Source: Pseudomonadota bacterium | Lineage (GTDB): Bacteria > Pseudomonadota > Gammaproteobacteria > JAKAQQ01 | NCBI GenBank assembly: GCA_021828045.1 | Contig: JAKATI010000003.1 | Location: 1 to 60,265 of the forward strand | DNA: 60,265 nucleotides | Direction: 5' to 3' | Shown here: in pieces, positions 50,460 to 59,378 of the stretch | Position numbering within the stretch: the first letter of the stretch is position 1 | Layout of the letters: each line of letters starts with the position of its first letter | Position numbers and translations under genes: made by a program | Notes under the pieces: model-generated | Told to the model about the DNA's origin: nothing | The model's database searches: none | The model's input: the letters and a program-made list of their open reading frames with translations, nothing else

Positions 50460-50488
50460 TTGACAGGGGAAAACCTGCATCCTACAAT
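50460..50488 (+). promoter_or_regulatory. Near-consensus sigma70 promoter of the hyf-like operon
   Basis: TTGACA (50460-50465), a 17-nt spacer, then TACAAT (50483-50488), preceded by an A/T-rich stretch (agcaatatat). It lies about 90 nt upstream of the first gene. Confidence 0.6.
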
Positions 50489-50576
50489 GGGACGACGGTG
50501 ATGGAGTTCGCCGAAAAAACGCCATCAGGCTAATAACTCCTGCGTGAATCCAAGCATTTGAGGATGCCTTCGGGGC

Positions 50577-51533
50577 ATGCGTGGGGTCATGACAGGCGAC
50601 GCCGTCTTCCAGCAGGTTTGCCAGGTATTGGCCGTGCTGTGCCTGGCACCTCTTCTCCAAGGATTCATCGTGACCTGCCGCGAGAAAATCGCCCGCGGGA
50701 AGGGACCGTCAGTTCTTCAACCCTACCTGGATCTTTACAAGTTGTTCCACAAGGAACAGCTGGTTCCGGAAACCGCCTCTTTCGTCTTCTGGATTGCCCC
50801 AATCGTGGCTTTCACAGCCATGCTCACTGTCCCTCTCCTGATTCCGGTGCTCACCAACTATCCCTTGCCCCTTTCGGACATGGGCGACATTCTGGGGGGC
50901 GGGCTTATCCTGGCTCTGGCCGGCTTCTTCATCGGGCTCGCGGGCTTGGACTGTGGCCATCCGTACGGGGGGCTGGGCTCGAGTCGAGAAGTGATGCTTG
51001 GGATTCTCGCCGAGCCCACGCTGATCGTGGTGTTCATCGGCATCACCCTGCTTGACCGGTCCATGCTGCCCTTTGTCGTGAACCATCTGCTCGTGGCTGA
51101 GCCGTCTGTCTACTGGAGTCCAGGCCACCTCCTCCTGGTTGCCGCCTTTTTCATCCTGCTGACCGTTGAGACCGAGCACCTGCCCATTCATTCAGACACC
51201 CATCATGAGATCTACATGATTGGGGAAGCCCGCCTCCTCGAATATTCGGGTCCTCTCTTGGGGCTTCTCAAATGGTCCTCCTGGATGAAGCGGGCCATCC
51301 TCTACACCATCTTCGTCAATGTCCTGACCCTGCCTTGGGGTCTTTCGGTTCGGGGTTCGATCCCAGGGTTGCTTGTGGCGACTGGCATTCTGCTTGTGAA
51401 ATGGGCACTCGTTGCCCTGTTGCTCGTGATGATCGATTCCCTCCAGTCCCGGTTGCGCTTCTACCGCTACCAGGAGCCCCTGGCCCTCTCGTTCCTCCTT
51501 GCGATCCTGGCTGTGATCGCCCACCAGCTTTAG
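50577..51533 (+). CDS. HyfC/HycD-like (NuoH-like) membrane subunit
   Basis: 318 aa (an alternative ATG is at 50589). It is colinear with formate hydrogenlyase subunit 4: APLLQGFIVTCREKIARGKGPSVLQPYLDLYKLFHKE, followed by multiple TM helices. Confidence 0.85.
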   Translation: MRGVMTGDAVFQQVCQVLAVLCLAPLLQGFIVTCREKIARGKGPSVLQPYLDLYKLFHKEQLVPETASFVFWIAPIVAFTAMLTVPLLIPVLTNYPLPLSDMGDILGGGLILALAGFFIGLAGLDCGHPYGGLGSSREVMLGILAEPTLIVVFIGITLLDRSMLPFVVNHLLVAEPSVYWSPGHLLLVAAFFILLTVETEHLPIHSDTHHEIYMIGEARLLEYSGPLLGLLKWSSWMKRAILYTIFVNVLTLPWGLSVRGSIPGLLVATGILLVKWALVALLLVMIDSLQSRLRFYRYQEPLALSFLLAILAVIAHQL

Positions 51534-51534
51534 G

Positions 51535-52221
51535 ATGCCGATGCCAACCCCCTCCCTCACCAGCCTGACCCACGCGATCGTGGACCTCATCGCCATGTGT
51601 GCACTGCTTCTCTCCTTCGTGATGCTGGGTTCGCACTGGATCCGGAACCATATCCTTGCGTTCGCAGCCCAATCCTGGGTGCTGGCAGCGCTGTCCGCCG
51701 TCATCGGTTTTTCCGGACACTATCCAGCACTGCTGGTCATTGCAGTGCTGACCCTGCTCCTCCGCGGTCTGATCCTTCCCCATCTCCTGGTCCGTATCCT
51801 GGACCGGGCCCATCTCGACCGGGAGTTCGCCCCGGTGCTCCAGCCGGCCATGAGTGTCGTCATGGGTGCATTGTGCGTCCTTTTGGCCTACGGGGCGGCC
51901 CTCCGTCTGGGCCAGGCGGTGACTGGGCAGAGCCCCGTCGTCCGGATCGGGTTGACCAGTCTTCTCGCGGTTGTGCTAATCGGGTTCCTGATGCTGGTCC
52001 TGCGACGGGAAGCGGTGAGCCATCTCCTCGGGCTGCTCGTGATCGAAAATGGCATTTTCCTGGGGTCGCTGGTCCTCATGCCGGGACTCCCACTGCTCCT
52101 CGAGTTTGTGGTGTTGTTCGATCTCCTGCTTATCGTGGTTGCTCTCGGCATGTTCGTTCGCCACCTCCGGGCCGAAATCGGCTCGACCGACAGCCGGTCC
52201 CTGGACCGGCTCGTGGGATGA
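51535..52221 (+). CDS. HyfE-like (NuoK-related) membrane subunit
   Basis: 228 aa and polytopic. The size and position after the NuoH-like gene match hydrogenase-4 component E. It starts 1 nt after the upstream stop. Confidence 0.8.
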   Translation: MPMPTPSLTSLTHAIVDLIAMCALLLSFVMLGSHWIRNHILAFAAQSWVLAALSAVIGFSGHYPALLVIAVLTLLLRGLILPHLLVRILDRAHLDREFAPVLQPAMSVVMGALCVLLAYGAALRLGQAVTGQSPVVRIGLTSLLAVVLIGFLMLVLRREAVSHLLGLLVIENGIFLGSLVLMPGLPLLLEFVVLFDLLLIVVALGMFVRHLRAEIGSTDSRSLDRLVG

Positions 52222-52225
52222 GCCC

Positions 52226-53683
52226 ATGATTTGGGCCCCACTCGGGATCCTGTTCGCGGTCACGGCCCTGGCCTCGGCCCTCTGCTGGACCGTGCGCCTG
52301 TCCCGCATTGCCGAGATCGTCAACCTTGCCGCAGCCGCGATCGATTGTCTTCTCGTGGGCTGGCTGCTGGCGGTGACGCCGTCAGGGGGCGTGCGGGGTT
52401 TGGGTGACTACTTCCGTCTCGGTCCGTTGGGCCTGTGGGTGATGTTGTGCACCGCGCTCGTCTATTTTCTGGCCTCGCTGCACGCGATCGGATACATGCG
52501 TCGGATGCGTGGGGAGAAGGAGCGGCTGAACCGCTTCTACGGGATGTTCGCGATCTTTGCGCTGACTCTCTTTTTGGCGCCAATCGAGAATAACCCGGGG
52601 CTCTTCTGGATCTCGATCGAGCTCACCACCATTGCCAGTGCTTTCCTGGTTGCATTCCAGCGGTCCGCTGAGACCATCGAGGCTGCTTGGAAGTATGTCG
52701 TTATCGCATCGGCCGGCCTTTCACTGGCACTGCTCGGGACGATTCTTTTCTACTGGGCAGGCATCTTTACGATGGGTCCCTCCTATAACATGACCTGGAG
52801 CCGCTTCGCTGCCGTCGCTCCCCTTGCCAATCCAGGCCTGGTCTTTTTCGCCTTCCTGCTCATACTGGCCGGCTATGGAACCAAGGTCGGCCTTGTGCCC
52901 ATGCATACCTGGCTCCCGGACGCACACAGCGAGGGCCCAGCCCCGGTCTCGGCGATGCTGTCGGGGGCGCTCCTGAACTGCGCGATGCTCGGCATTGTGC
53001 GTTTTCTCGCAATCCTGAAGAGTACGCCTGAACACGCGATGGCCCAAACCGTCCTTGTCGTGATAGGTGCCTTGAGCCTACTCGTCGCGGCCCTGTTCAT
53101 CGTCCGCCAGCGGCTGGTCAAACGCCTGGCCGCCTATTCGAGCATTGAGCACATGGGAATCATGGCCATGGGGTTCGGGTTCGGCGGGGCCTTGGGCGTG
53201 ATAGGCGCGCTTTACCAGATGCTCAACCACTCGGTGACGAAATCGGCGGTCTTTTTTGGGGCCGGGACCACGATGCATGCGTACCAGAGCAGGCGAATCG
53301 CGGGCATCCGGCGTGTGCTGGATGCCTTCCCATTTGCAGGACTCCTCTGGCTTGTGTCGGCTCTCGCCATTACAGGAGCCCCACCCTTCGGAATCTTCTG
53401 GGGCGAGATCGTCCTGCTCCAAGGCGGCATGGCGAGCGAAAACCGCTGGGCCGTGGTTTGGACGGTCGTCCTCCTGGTCGTGGTCTTCATTGGTTTCTTG
53501 GGCCACTTCCGGAGAATGTATTTCGGCCAGCCACCGACTCGGCCGCCCGAGAGCGCGTTTCATTGGACCGAATTGGTTGCGCTCGCGCTGGCCGTGGCAG
53601 CCGCCCTGGGGCTCGGCCTCTGGTGGCCCTCTTCCGTTTGGGCCTATCTCCGCGCGATCGCGCACCATCTGGGATCCGCCTGA
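52226..53683 (+). CDS. HyfF/HyfD-like (NuoN/M-type antiporter-like) membrane subunit
   Basis: 485 aa from the ATG at 52226; the tracked start at 52049 runs through hyfE out of frame. Has the Mrp/NuoM-type core (LVPMHTWLPDAHSEGPAPVSAMLSG). Confidence 0.85.
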   Translation: MIWAPLGILFAVTALASALCWTVRLSRIAEIVNLAAAAIDCLLVGWLLAVTPSGGVRGLGDYFRLGPLGLWVMLCTALVYFLASLHAIGYMRRMRGEKERLNRFYGMFAIFALTLFLAPIENNPGLFWISIELTTIASAFLVAFQRSAETIEAAWKYVVIASAGLSLALLGTILFYWAGIFTMGPSYNMTWSRFAAVAPLANPGLVFFAFLLILAGYGTKVGLVPMHTWLPDAHSEGPAPVSAMLSGALLNCAMLGIVRFLAILKSTPEHAMAQTVLVVIGALSLLVAALFIVRQRLVKRLAAYSSIEHMGIMAMGFGFGGALGVIGALYQMLNHSVTKSAVFFGAGTTMHAYQSRRIAGIRRVLDAFPFAGLLWLVSALAITGAPPFGIFWGEIVLLQGGMASENRWAVVWTVVLLVVVFIGFLGHFRRMYFGQPPTRPPESAFHWTELVALALAVAAALGLGLWWPSSVWAYLRAIAHHLGSA

Positions 53684-55191
53684 TGCGGCCCTGCACGAGC
53701 CAAGTCATCGGGGCCAGGGAGCTTCAGAAGGTGCTCGGCGAGCTTCTGCCCGCCGCCACCCGTTCGGACCCACACCGCCGGCTCCGCATGGCCTACGCGC
53801 GCAAGGCGGGTGAAACTGATCTCGAAGTCCTCTACTACCTGAGCCTGGGGAAAGGTTGCCCCGATCTCCTCTTGCGCGTTACCCCCGGTCAGCATGCCCT
53901 GCCGAGCCTGGCGAATCAATTCCCTGCGCTCTCGTGGTACGAGCGCGAAATGCATGACCTCTTCGGCATCGAATTTGCCGGACACCCCGAACTGCAACCG
54001 CTCATCCTTCACGAGGGAGTGACCACATCTCGGCCGCCCCTGATCGGGCAGGTAGGGGCCCCGATCCATTACCGCACATCCCCCCCCACGGTCCCGACGA
54101 TGAACGCGACCGAGATCCAATGCCTCCCGTTCGGTCCCGTTCGTGCGGATATCGTCGAGTCGGCCCAGTTTCTCTTTTACTACATCGGCGAGGGGATTCT
54201 CCACTTTCACCAACGGCTCTTCTACAAGCATCGCGGCATGGAACAGCGTTTCGAAGGCGCCTCACCCATGACGGGGGTCATCCTGGCCGAAAGGGTGTCC
54301 GCCACCGATACGGTGGCGCATGCCCTGGCATTCTGTCAGGCCTGCGAAATGGCGTTGGGTCTCTTGCCCCCTCCCCGTGCGCTCTGCATCAGGGCCATCC
54401 TCGCGGAACTAGAGCGTCTGGTGAACCATCTCCATTATTTTGCGGAACTGGCACGGATGACGACCCTTCGCGTAGCGGCCGCCCAAGGATCCTGGCTCGA
54501 AGAGCAGGTTCGGCAGATCAACGGGGCCTTGACCGGAAGTCGTTTTCTGCGCGGCCTCTTGGGAGTGGGGGGGCTTCGGCATGACCTCGAACTTTCCGGT
54601 CTGGCCGACCGTCTGACCACCCTCGAGTCCGGGGTTTTGGATTTTCTCGGCAAGCTGGAGGATACCCGGAGTTATCTCGACCGGCTGATTGGTACCGGCC
54701 GGCTCTCAACTGATGTGGCCATGGACCAGGGGGCAACCGGCCCAGTCGAGCGAGCAAGTGCGCTTGACCGGGACCTCCGGCGAGACCGACCCTACGGCTC
54801 TTATCGAACGCTTCGGTTTACGGTTCCCCAGGAGTCTTCGGGCGATGCCTTGGCCCGGGCCCGGGTTCGCCGCGCCGAAGTGACCGAGTCCCTTGCCCTG
54901 ATTCGCGAGTCGTTGGCGCGTCTCGAGTCGGGCCCGGTCTCCACGGTCCGGCCGGATGAAGCACCGGATCCTGCGGGAGAAGGTTTGGGGGCGGTCGAGG
55001 GTACCCGGGGCGGGCTTTACTACGCGGTCCATTTCGATCCAGACCGGAAGCGTTTGCTGCGCGTCAAGATCAAGGAACCCTCATTTTCGAACTGGCGTGT
55101 TTTCCCGTTCACCGTGATGGATACCAATCTCATGGACTACGCCATCAACGAGGCCAGTTTCGGTCTCTCGATCGCTGGCGCCGACCGTTAG
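53683..55191 (+). CDS. HycE/HyfG-like NuoC-NuoD fusion subunit lacking all four NiFe cysteine ligands
   Basis: 502 aa from the ATG at 53683 (TGATG overlap). Has a NuoC-like N-terminal region (SWYEREMHDLFGIEFAGHP) and a NuoD/large-subunit core. The L1 motif position reads ERVSATDTVAH instead of RxCGxCxxxH. The C terminus reads FGLSIAGADR instead of D-P-C-x-x-C-x-D-R. Confidence 0.85.
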   Translation: MRPCTSQVIGARELQKVLGELLPAATRSDPHRRLRMAYARKAGETDLEVLYYLSLGKGCPDLLLRVTPGQHALPSLANQFPALSWYEREMHDLFGIEFAGHPELQPLILHEGVTTSRPPLIGQVGAPIHYRTSPPTVPTMNATEIQCLPFGPVRADIVESAQFLFYYIGEGILHFHQRLFYKHRGMEQRFEGASPMTGVILAERVSATDTVAHALAFCQACEMALGLLPPPRALCIRAILAELERLVNHLHYFAELARMTTLRVAAAQGSWLEEQVRQINGALTGSRFLRGLLGVGGLRHDLELSGLADRLTTLESGVLDFLGKLEDTRSYLDRLIGTGRLSTDVAMDQGATGPVERASALDRDLRRDRPYGSYRTLRFTVPQESSGDALARARVRRAEVTESLALIRESLARLESGPVSTVRPDEAPDPAGEGLGAVEGTRGGLYYAVHFDPDRKRLLRVKIKEPSFSNWRVFPFTVMDTNLMDYAINEASFGLSIAGADR

Positions 55192-55201
55192 GGGGAATAC
55201 G

Positions 55202-56005
55202 ATGACCAACTGGGCTTGGTTTGGATTGCGTCGGGGGAGACTGACCACCGGCTGGCCGGAGGAGACTGGCCCGCATGGCCAGGAAGGTGTCCTTGGCATG
55301 CCGCAGCTCCACCCCGAGCGCTGCGCACCGGCGTGCAGGGACTGCATTTCGGTCTGTCCGTCCACCGCGATCACCAGAGCACCAGGAGAACCGGTGATGC
55401 TCGACTATGGACGTTGTGTGGTCTGTCAGCGCTGCGTTGAGGTATGCCCGACCGGGGCCATCGAAAAAACCACTGATTGGGCCTTTGGTGTCCGCACGCG
55501 GGGGGTGCTCCATGCGGGTGGTGGGAGGACGGGTTCCGGGAATGCCGGGTCTCCCCCATCCTCCCCCATACCCCGTAGATTTCGGCGGAGCCTGCATATC
55601 CGCCATGTCGATTCCGGATCCTGCAATGGCTGTGAATCCGAGCTCGAGGCACTCCTCAATCCCTTCTACAACCTCCACCGCTTGGGCATTTTCTTCACCG
55701 CCTCTCCCCGTTCCGCCGATTTATTGCTCGTGACGGGCCCCGTCACGATGGCCATGAAGGAACCACTCCTCGAAACCTATCGGGCGATGCCTGAACCCCG
55801 GTTTGTCATGGCAACGGGAACCTGCGCAACTGGTGGCGGGATTGCCGGTGGTGGATATAGCTGTCACCAGGGACTGGAGGGGGTTCTTCCAGTTGACCTC
55901 TGGCTACCGGGTTGCCCCCCCAACCCCGCAGCCATCATGGACGCTCTCTTGATCCTCTTGGGAAGAAGACCCGAACGAGCTTCCCTGCCGGGGAGTGCCC
56001 GATGA
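55202..56005 (+). CDS. Fusion of a 2x[4Fe-4S] ferredoxin (HycF/NuoI-like) with a NuoB/HycG-like small subunit
   Basis: 267 aa. The N-terminal part has CAPACRDCISVCP and CVVCQRCVEVCP. The C-terminal part has the four N2-type Cys (DSGSCNGCESE, GTCATGGG, PGCPP). Confidence 0.85.
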   Translation: MTNWAWFGLRRGRLTTGWPEETGPHGQEGVLGMPQLHPERCAPACRDCISVCPSTAITRAPGEPVMLDYGRCVVCQRCVEVCPTGAIEKTTDWAFGVRTRGVLHAGGGRTGSGNAGSPPSSPIPRRFRRSLHIRHVDSGSCNGCESELEALLNPFYNLHRLGIFFTASPRSADLLLVTGPVTMAMKEPLLETYRAMPEPRFVMATGTCATGGGIAGGGYSCHQGLEGVLPVDLWLPGCPPNPAAIMDALLILLGRRPERASLPGSAR

Positions 56006-57987
56006 ATCCACTCGAGGGTTTCCTCACCGCTTCCCTTCTGTGGATCGGTGCCCTGTTCGCGGATGCTCTCGGGCAGCCACGCTGGGCCCGTGGGCTCCTG
56101 TTTCTGGGGATCCTGATGGCTACGGCAGCAACCATCGAGGCCTTGCCTGGCAGCTCGGGGACAGGAGTCGTCGAGACCTTGGGCAGACTGCCTCTTGATT
56201 GGCGAATGGATGCAATGGCGCTCTGGCTTGCTCTACCGGCTTGGCTGCCCGCCGGCTTCGCTGTCTTGCTCGGTCATCGCGGGGGACGGAGAGGCTGGTT
56301 TTCCGGTTTTTCCCTGTGCCTGCTCGGAGCGCTAGGGGTTCTCGGCTTCCAGGATGGTCCGGCGTTTCTGGTGGCATGGGAAGTGCTGGGTTTTGGGGCT
56401 GCGATGATGTTGCTTTCAGAACGTAGTGATAGCGAAGGCGGTCGTGCCACCTTCTTCATGTTGGCTCTCCTTGAAAGCGGAGCCCTGGCCCTGCTCCTCG
56501 CCATCCTCATGCTGGGTCCGGGATGGCGCTTTTCCGGCTATGTCACAGCTTGGGCTGGCTGGGGCGGGGTTGCCGGTTTTCTTCTGGCACTCCTCTGGCT
56601 TGCTGGTTGCGGAGCAAAACTGGGACTCCTGCCCTACTACGAATGGTATCCGGATGCCTATGGCGTGGGCTCGGGCGCAAGCGGGGCACTGTTCTCGGGC
56701 CTCCTCCTCAACGTTGCCTACTTTGTCCTGAGCCGGGCTTTGGTCCAGTGGCTCGGAGTGCCCCCGTGGCTCAGCGACCTTGGGATCGTGGTTCTGGCCG
56801 CGGGTATCCTGACGGCGGTCCTGGCGGGCCTTTATGCTTTCCAGCAGAACGACTGGTTGCGTCTGCTGGCCTTCTCCTCGGCTGAAAACGCCGGTATCGC
56901 GGTCGCGGCTCTCGGGGCAGCCCTCATCTTCCGTGGTGCGGGTCATAACCACCTGGCCGCACTAGCCTGGATCGTGGGTCTGGTTCAGCTCATGGGGCAC
57001 GCGCTGGCCAAGGGAACTCTCTTCTTCACGGCCCAGGCAGTGGCTGGGGACGGTACCGGATCGACACCCCTCCGGCCGGAAGGCTTACTCCACCGTGCGC
57101 CTGGAACGGTTGGAGTAGGCGCGCTTTGGGCCGTGCTCAGTCTCGCTGCGTTGCCTCCAACGGCCGGGTTCGTGAGTGAGTGGTATCTCTTCCAGTGCCT
57201 GTTTCACGATTTTGTTCTGGCCACGGCCGTCACCCGGATCGCACTTGCCCTGGCAGGCGCAGGACTCGCGCTCACAGCCGCGATTGCGTTCGCCACTTTC
57301 GTCAAACTGTTCGGCGTGGGATTGCTCGGCAAACCCCGTGCCGCTCCCCGGGAGCCGGTTCCACCCGGATTCCGGATTGCGATCCTGGTCTGTGGTCTTT
57401 CGGTTCCCGCTTTTGCCGTGAGTCTGGTCGGGTGGCTGCCCTCGCTCGGCCAGATTGCCCGTCCGATCTTTGGATTTGCTCCTCGCCTCGTGCAGGGTTG
57501 GCTGCTGGTCCCGCTGAGCCCTGGATTTGCCTTCATCTCCCCAGTCCTCTTGGTCCTTGTTTGGCCGCTTCTTGCACTGGTTCCCCTCTCTCTTCTCCTG
57601 GTGCGCATCCGTCGTTTCAAGGTCCGCAGGACACACCTCTGGTGCGGCGGGGATCCGCTGGCAGCCCAATCTGGCGCCACGACGGCTTTCGCCTTTTCGA
57701 ACGCGCTGCGTGTCTTTTACAGCTTCGTTTACCGACCTCGAAATATGGTCCAGCGGACCTTCGGCGGACAACCCTATTTTGTGAAGGAACTCCGTTTTGA
57801 CTACAGCCATACCCCAGTCTTCGGGCAGCTCCTGTTCAAGCCGCTCTCCAAGGCCGTGCGTTCCCTGGCCCACCAGCTGCGTTTTCTGCAGAATGGGCAG
57901 ATGAGCGCCTATCTGGCCTATCTTGGGTTTGTCCTCTTCCTCATACTTATTTTTCTGATGGTCGGAAGCCCGATCGGATTCCGCTAG
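56002..57987 (+). CDS. HyfB-like (NuoL-type antiporter-like) membrane subunit
   Basis: 661 aa from the ATG at 56002 (ATGA overlap with the upstream gene). It is polytopic with a NuoL/Mrp-type core (KLGLLPYYEWYPDAYGVGSGASGALFSG). Confidence 0.85.
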   Translation: MNPLEGFLTASLLWIGALFADALGQPRWARGLLFLGILMATAATIEALPGSSGTGVVETLGRLPLDWRMDAMALWLALPAWLPAGFAVLLGHRGGRRGWFSGFSLCLLGALGVLGFQDGPAFLVAWEVLGFGAAMMLLSERSDSEGGRATFFMLALLESGALALLLAILMLGPGWRFSGYVTAWAGWGGVAGFLLALLWLAGCGAKLGLLPYYEWYPDAYGVGSGASGALFSGLLLNVAYFVLSRALVQWLGVPPWLSDLGIVVLAAGILTAVLAGLYAFQQNDWLRLLAFSSAENAGIAVAALGAALIFRGAGHNHLAALAWIVGLVQLMGHALAKGTLFFTAQAVAGDGTGSTPLRPEGLLHRAPGTVGVGALWAVLSLAALPPTAGFVSEWYLFQCLFHDFVLATAVTRIALALAGAGLALTAAIAFATFVKLFGVGLLGKPRAAPREPVPPGFRIAILVCGLSVPAFAVSLVGWLPSLGQIARPIFGFAPRLVQGWLLVPLSPGFAFISPVLLVLVWPLLALVPLSLLLVRIRRFKVRRTHLWCGGDPLAAQSGATTAFAFSNALRVFYSFVYRPRNMVQRTFGGQPYFVKELRFDYSHTPVFGQLLFKPLSKAVRSLAHQLRFLQNGQMSAYLAYLGFVLFLILIFLMVGSPIGFR

Positions 57988-58905
57988 GGAAGCTGACAAC
58001 ATACGTTGCAGCCACAACAGAAAATCGCACCGCAACACGTCAAGAAGCCTGGCCCCGGATCGCATTTTGATCTACAGCAACTACTACCGGCAAGCACGAT
58101 TGCATCCTGATTTGCTTCTGCCGCGAGCGTGAATAGCGATTTTGTGGGAGAAGGGGTTGAGGAGAGGACGCCCGCAGAAGGGGGCTTCCCCTCTCCCTTC
58201 TTGGAGTTCAAACACGGGTCCGGGACTGGAATTTTTCCGCCAAAGAAGCGGAGCAACTGGGTCCTCGGCTCTCGACTGGCCTTGACCAATAGCGCCAGCT
58301 GTCCAGCAAGGGTCCTGACCGTCATCTCAGCCTGGTGCCCACTCAGAATCGCGATTTTGGGATTGTCGCGGCTGCCACCTTTGTCCCACTTTCCTTGAAA
58401 TCTGGATCAAAATCCACACCGCACGCTGGTCCTCGCGCGAGGTATAGCCGTAAGATCATATTGCAAGCGAACCGGGAAATGCGCCGGTTGCCTGACGGTC
58501 AGGGTCACCGGGTGTCGGACCATTGCAATTTGAAATGAGGCCGGGATGATCGAATAACCGCCGATCGAAAGATGAAGATGAACCCTGTAGTAACAGTGGT
58601 TGAGACAGTGACCAAGACTTGCGGTGGCCCAGCTGGGATTTGCCGCACCCCCAATCACCAGAAATGCCATTAATAACTCTGACATAAATCTTTCATATGT
58701 AGTCTCCCTCTTGGCTTCTTGAAGCATCTGCCTCAACGCTATCCAGATGCTATCCACCGTTACCCAACCCAGTCAAGGAGGGCAGAAACAGCTTGCAGGG
58801 TGATCCATACAACGCAGGGGGACACATGGGAAACCGAAATGGAGCCATCTTCGACTCTCAACGCTACTTTCCCACCCCTGTGATGCAAATGGCAGTTTTT
58901 ACTGA

Positions 58906-58947
58906 TGGGCCCAGCAGGACTCGAACCTGCGACCAATCGATTATGAG
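58906..58947 (-). pseudogene. 3' fragment of a tRNA with anticodon CAU (Met/Ile2 type), running from the anticodon loop to the discriminator base
   Basis: The minus strand reads CTCATAA-TCGAT-TGGTC-GCAGG-TTCGAGT-CCTGC-TGGGCCC-A, a perfect T arm and 3' acceptor strand. It is colinear with the 3' half of the E. coli ileX-type tRNA as I recall it. No matching 5' acceptor strand (GGGCCCA), D arm or 5' anticodon stem lies upstream, and no CCA is encoded. Confidence 0.6.
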
Positions 58948-59378
58948 GGGCGCCCAGATGCTTTTCGCTGAGAGCATTTTTGGTGATTTGCCAAGAGATT
59001 TCGTTGTTTGGGGGTGCACGCAATTTGCCATCATCCCTGCATTTTGCCTTCGCACTATGGCAAGGGAATGGCGTAAGTGGATCGACTACTCGTTCACAGT
59101 CTCACCTCACGGCATCCGCTCGAAGTGCTTGGAAAGCATACTAGGATCTGTTGAACTTGCAGGACCCGTCAACCAACTATGCCACTTGACTTATGCAACG
59201 GCAATTGCTTCGAGGTACTGTGACTTCATCCTCTCAAAGTTCGGAGTCTCCGGGAAACCCGGGGTGGTTCGTATATTATAGAAATGCATAGAATGGTATC
59301 TGATGCTCTCACGATTAAACTCGCTCCTGTCAAAAAGGAAGCTTTCCGTTTTTTCTCTTTTGGTTATTTGGAGCACAC

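Noticed and set aside
50358-50660. 100-aa minus-strand ORF upstream of and overlapping the first hyf-like gene
   Set aside because: It spans the strong plus-strand promoter and the 5' end of the NuoH-like gene, and it has no RBS or recognisable domain.
58407-58757. Possible remnant of a tyrosine recombinase (SLGHCLNHCYYRVHLHL resembles the LGH...Y.HL box II region)
   Set aside because: The match is very short. The upstream His/Arg catalytic residues are not identifiable, and the ORF is only 116 aa. This is too weak to call without a profile search.
58906-58990. tmRNA or an intact tRNA gene
   Set aside because: The acceptor sequence is not tRNA-Ala-like, and there is no GGGG-type tmRNA 5' end that pairs with it. 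No 5' acceptor strand, D arm or 5' anticodon stem could be found, so only a 3' fragment is supported.
58793-59281. 162-aa plus-strand ORF
   Set aside because: It reads straight through the tRNA fragment on the opposite strand in AT-rich DNA and shows no recognisable domain. It is most likely spurious.
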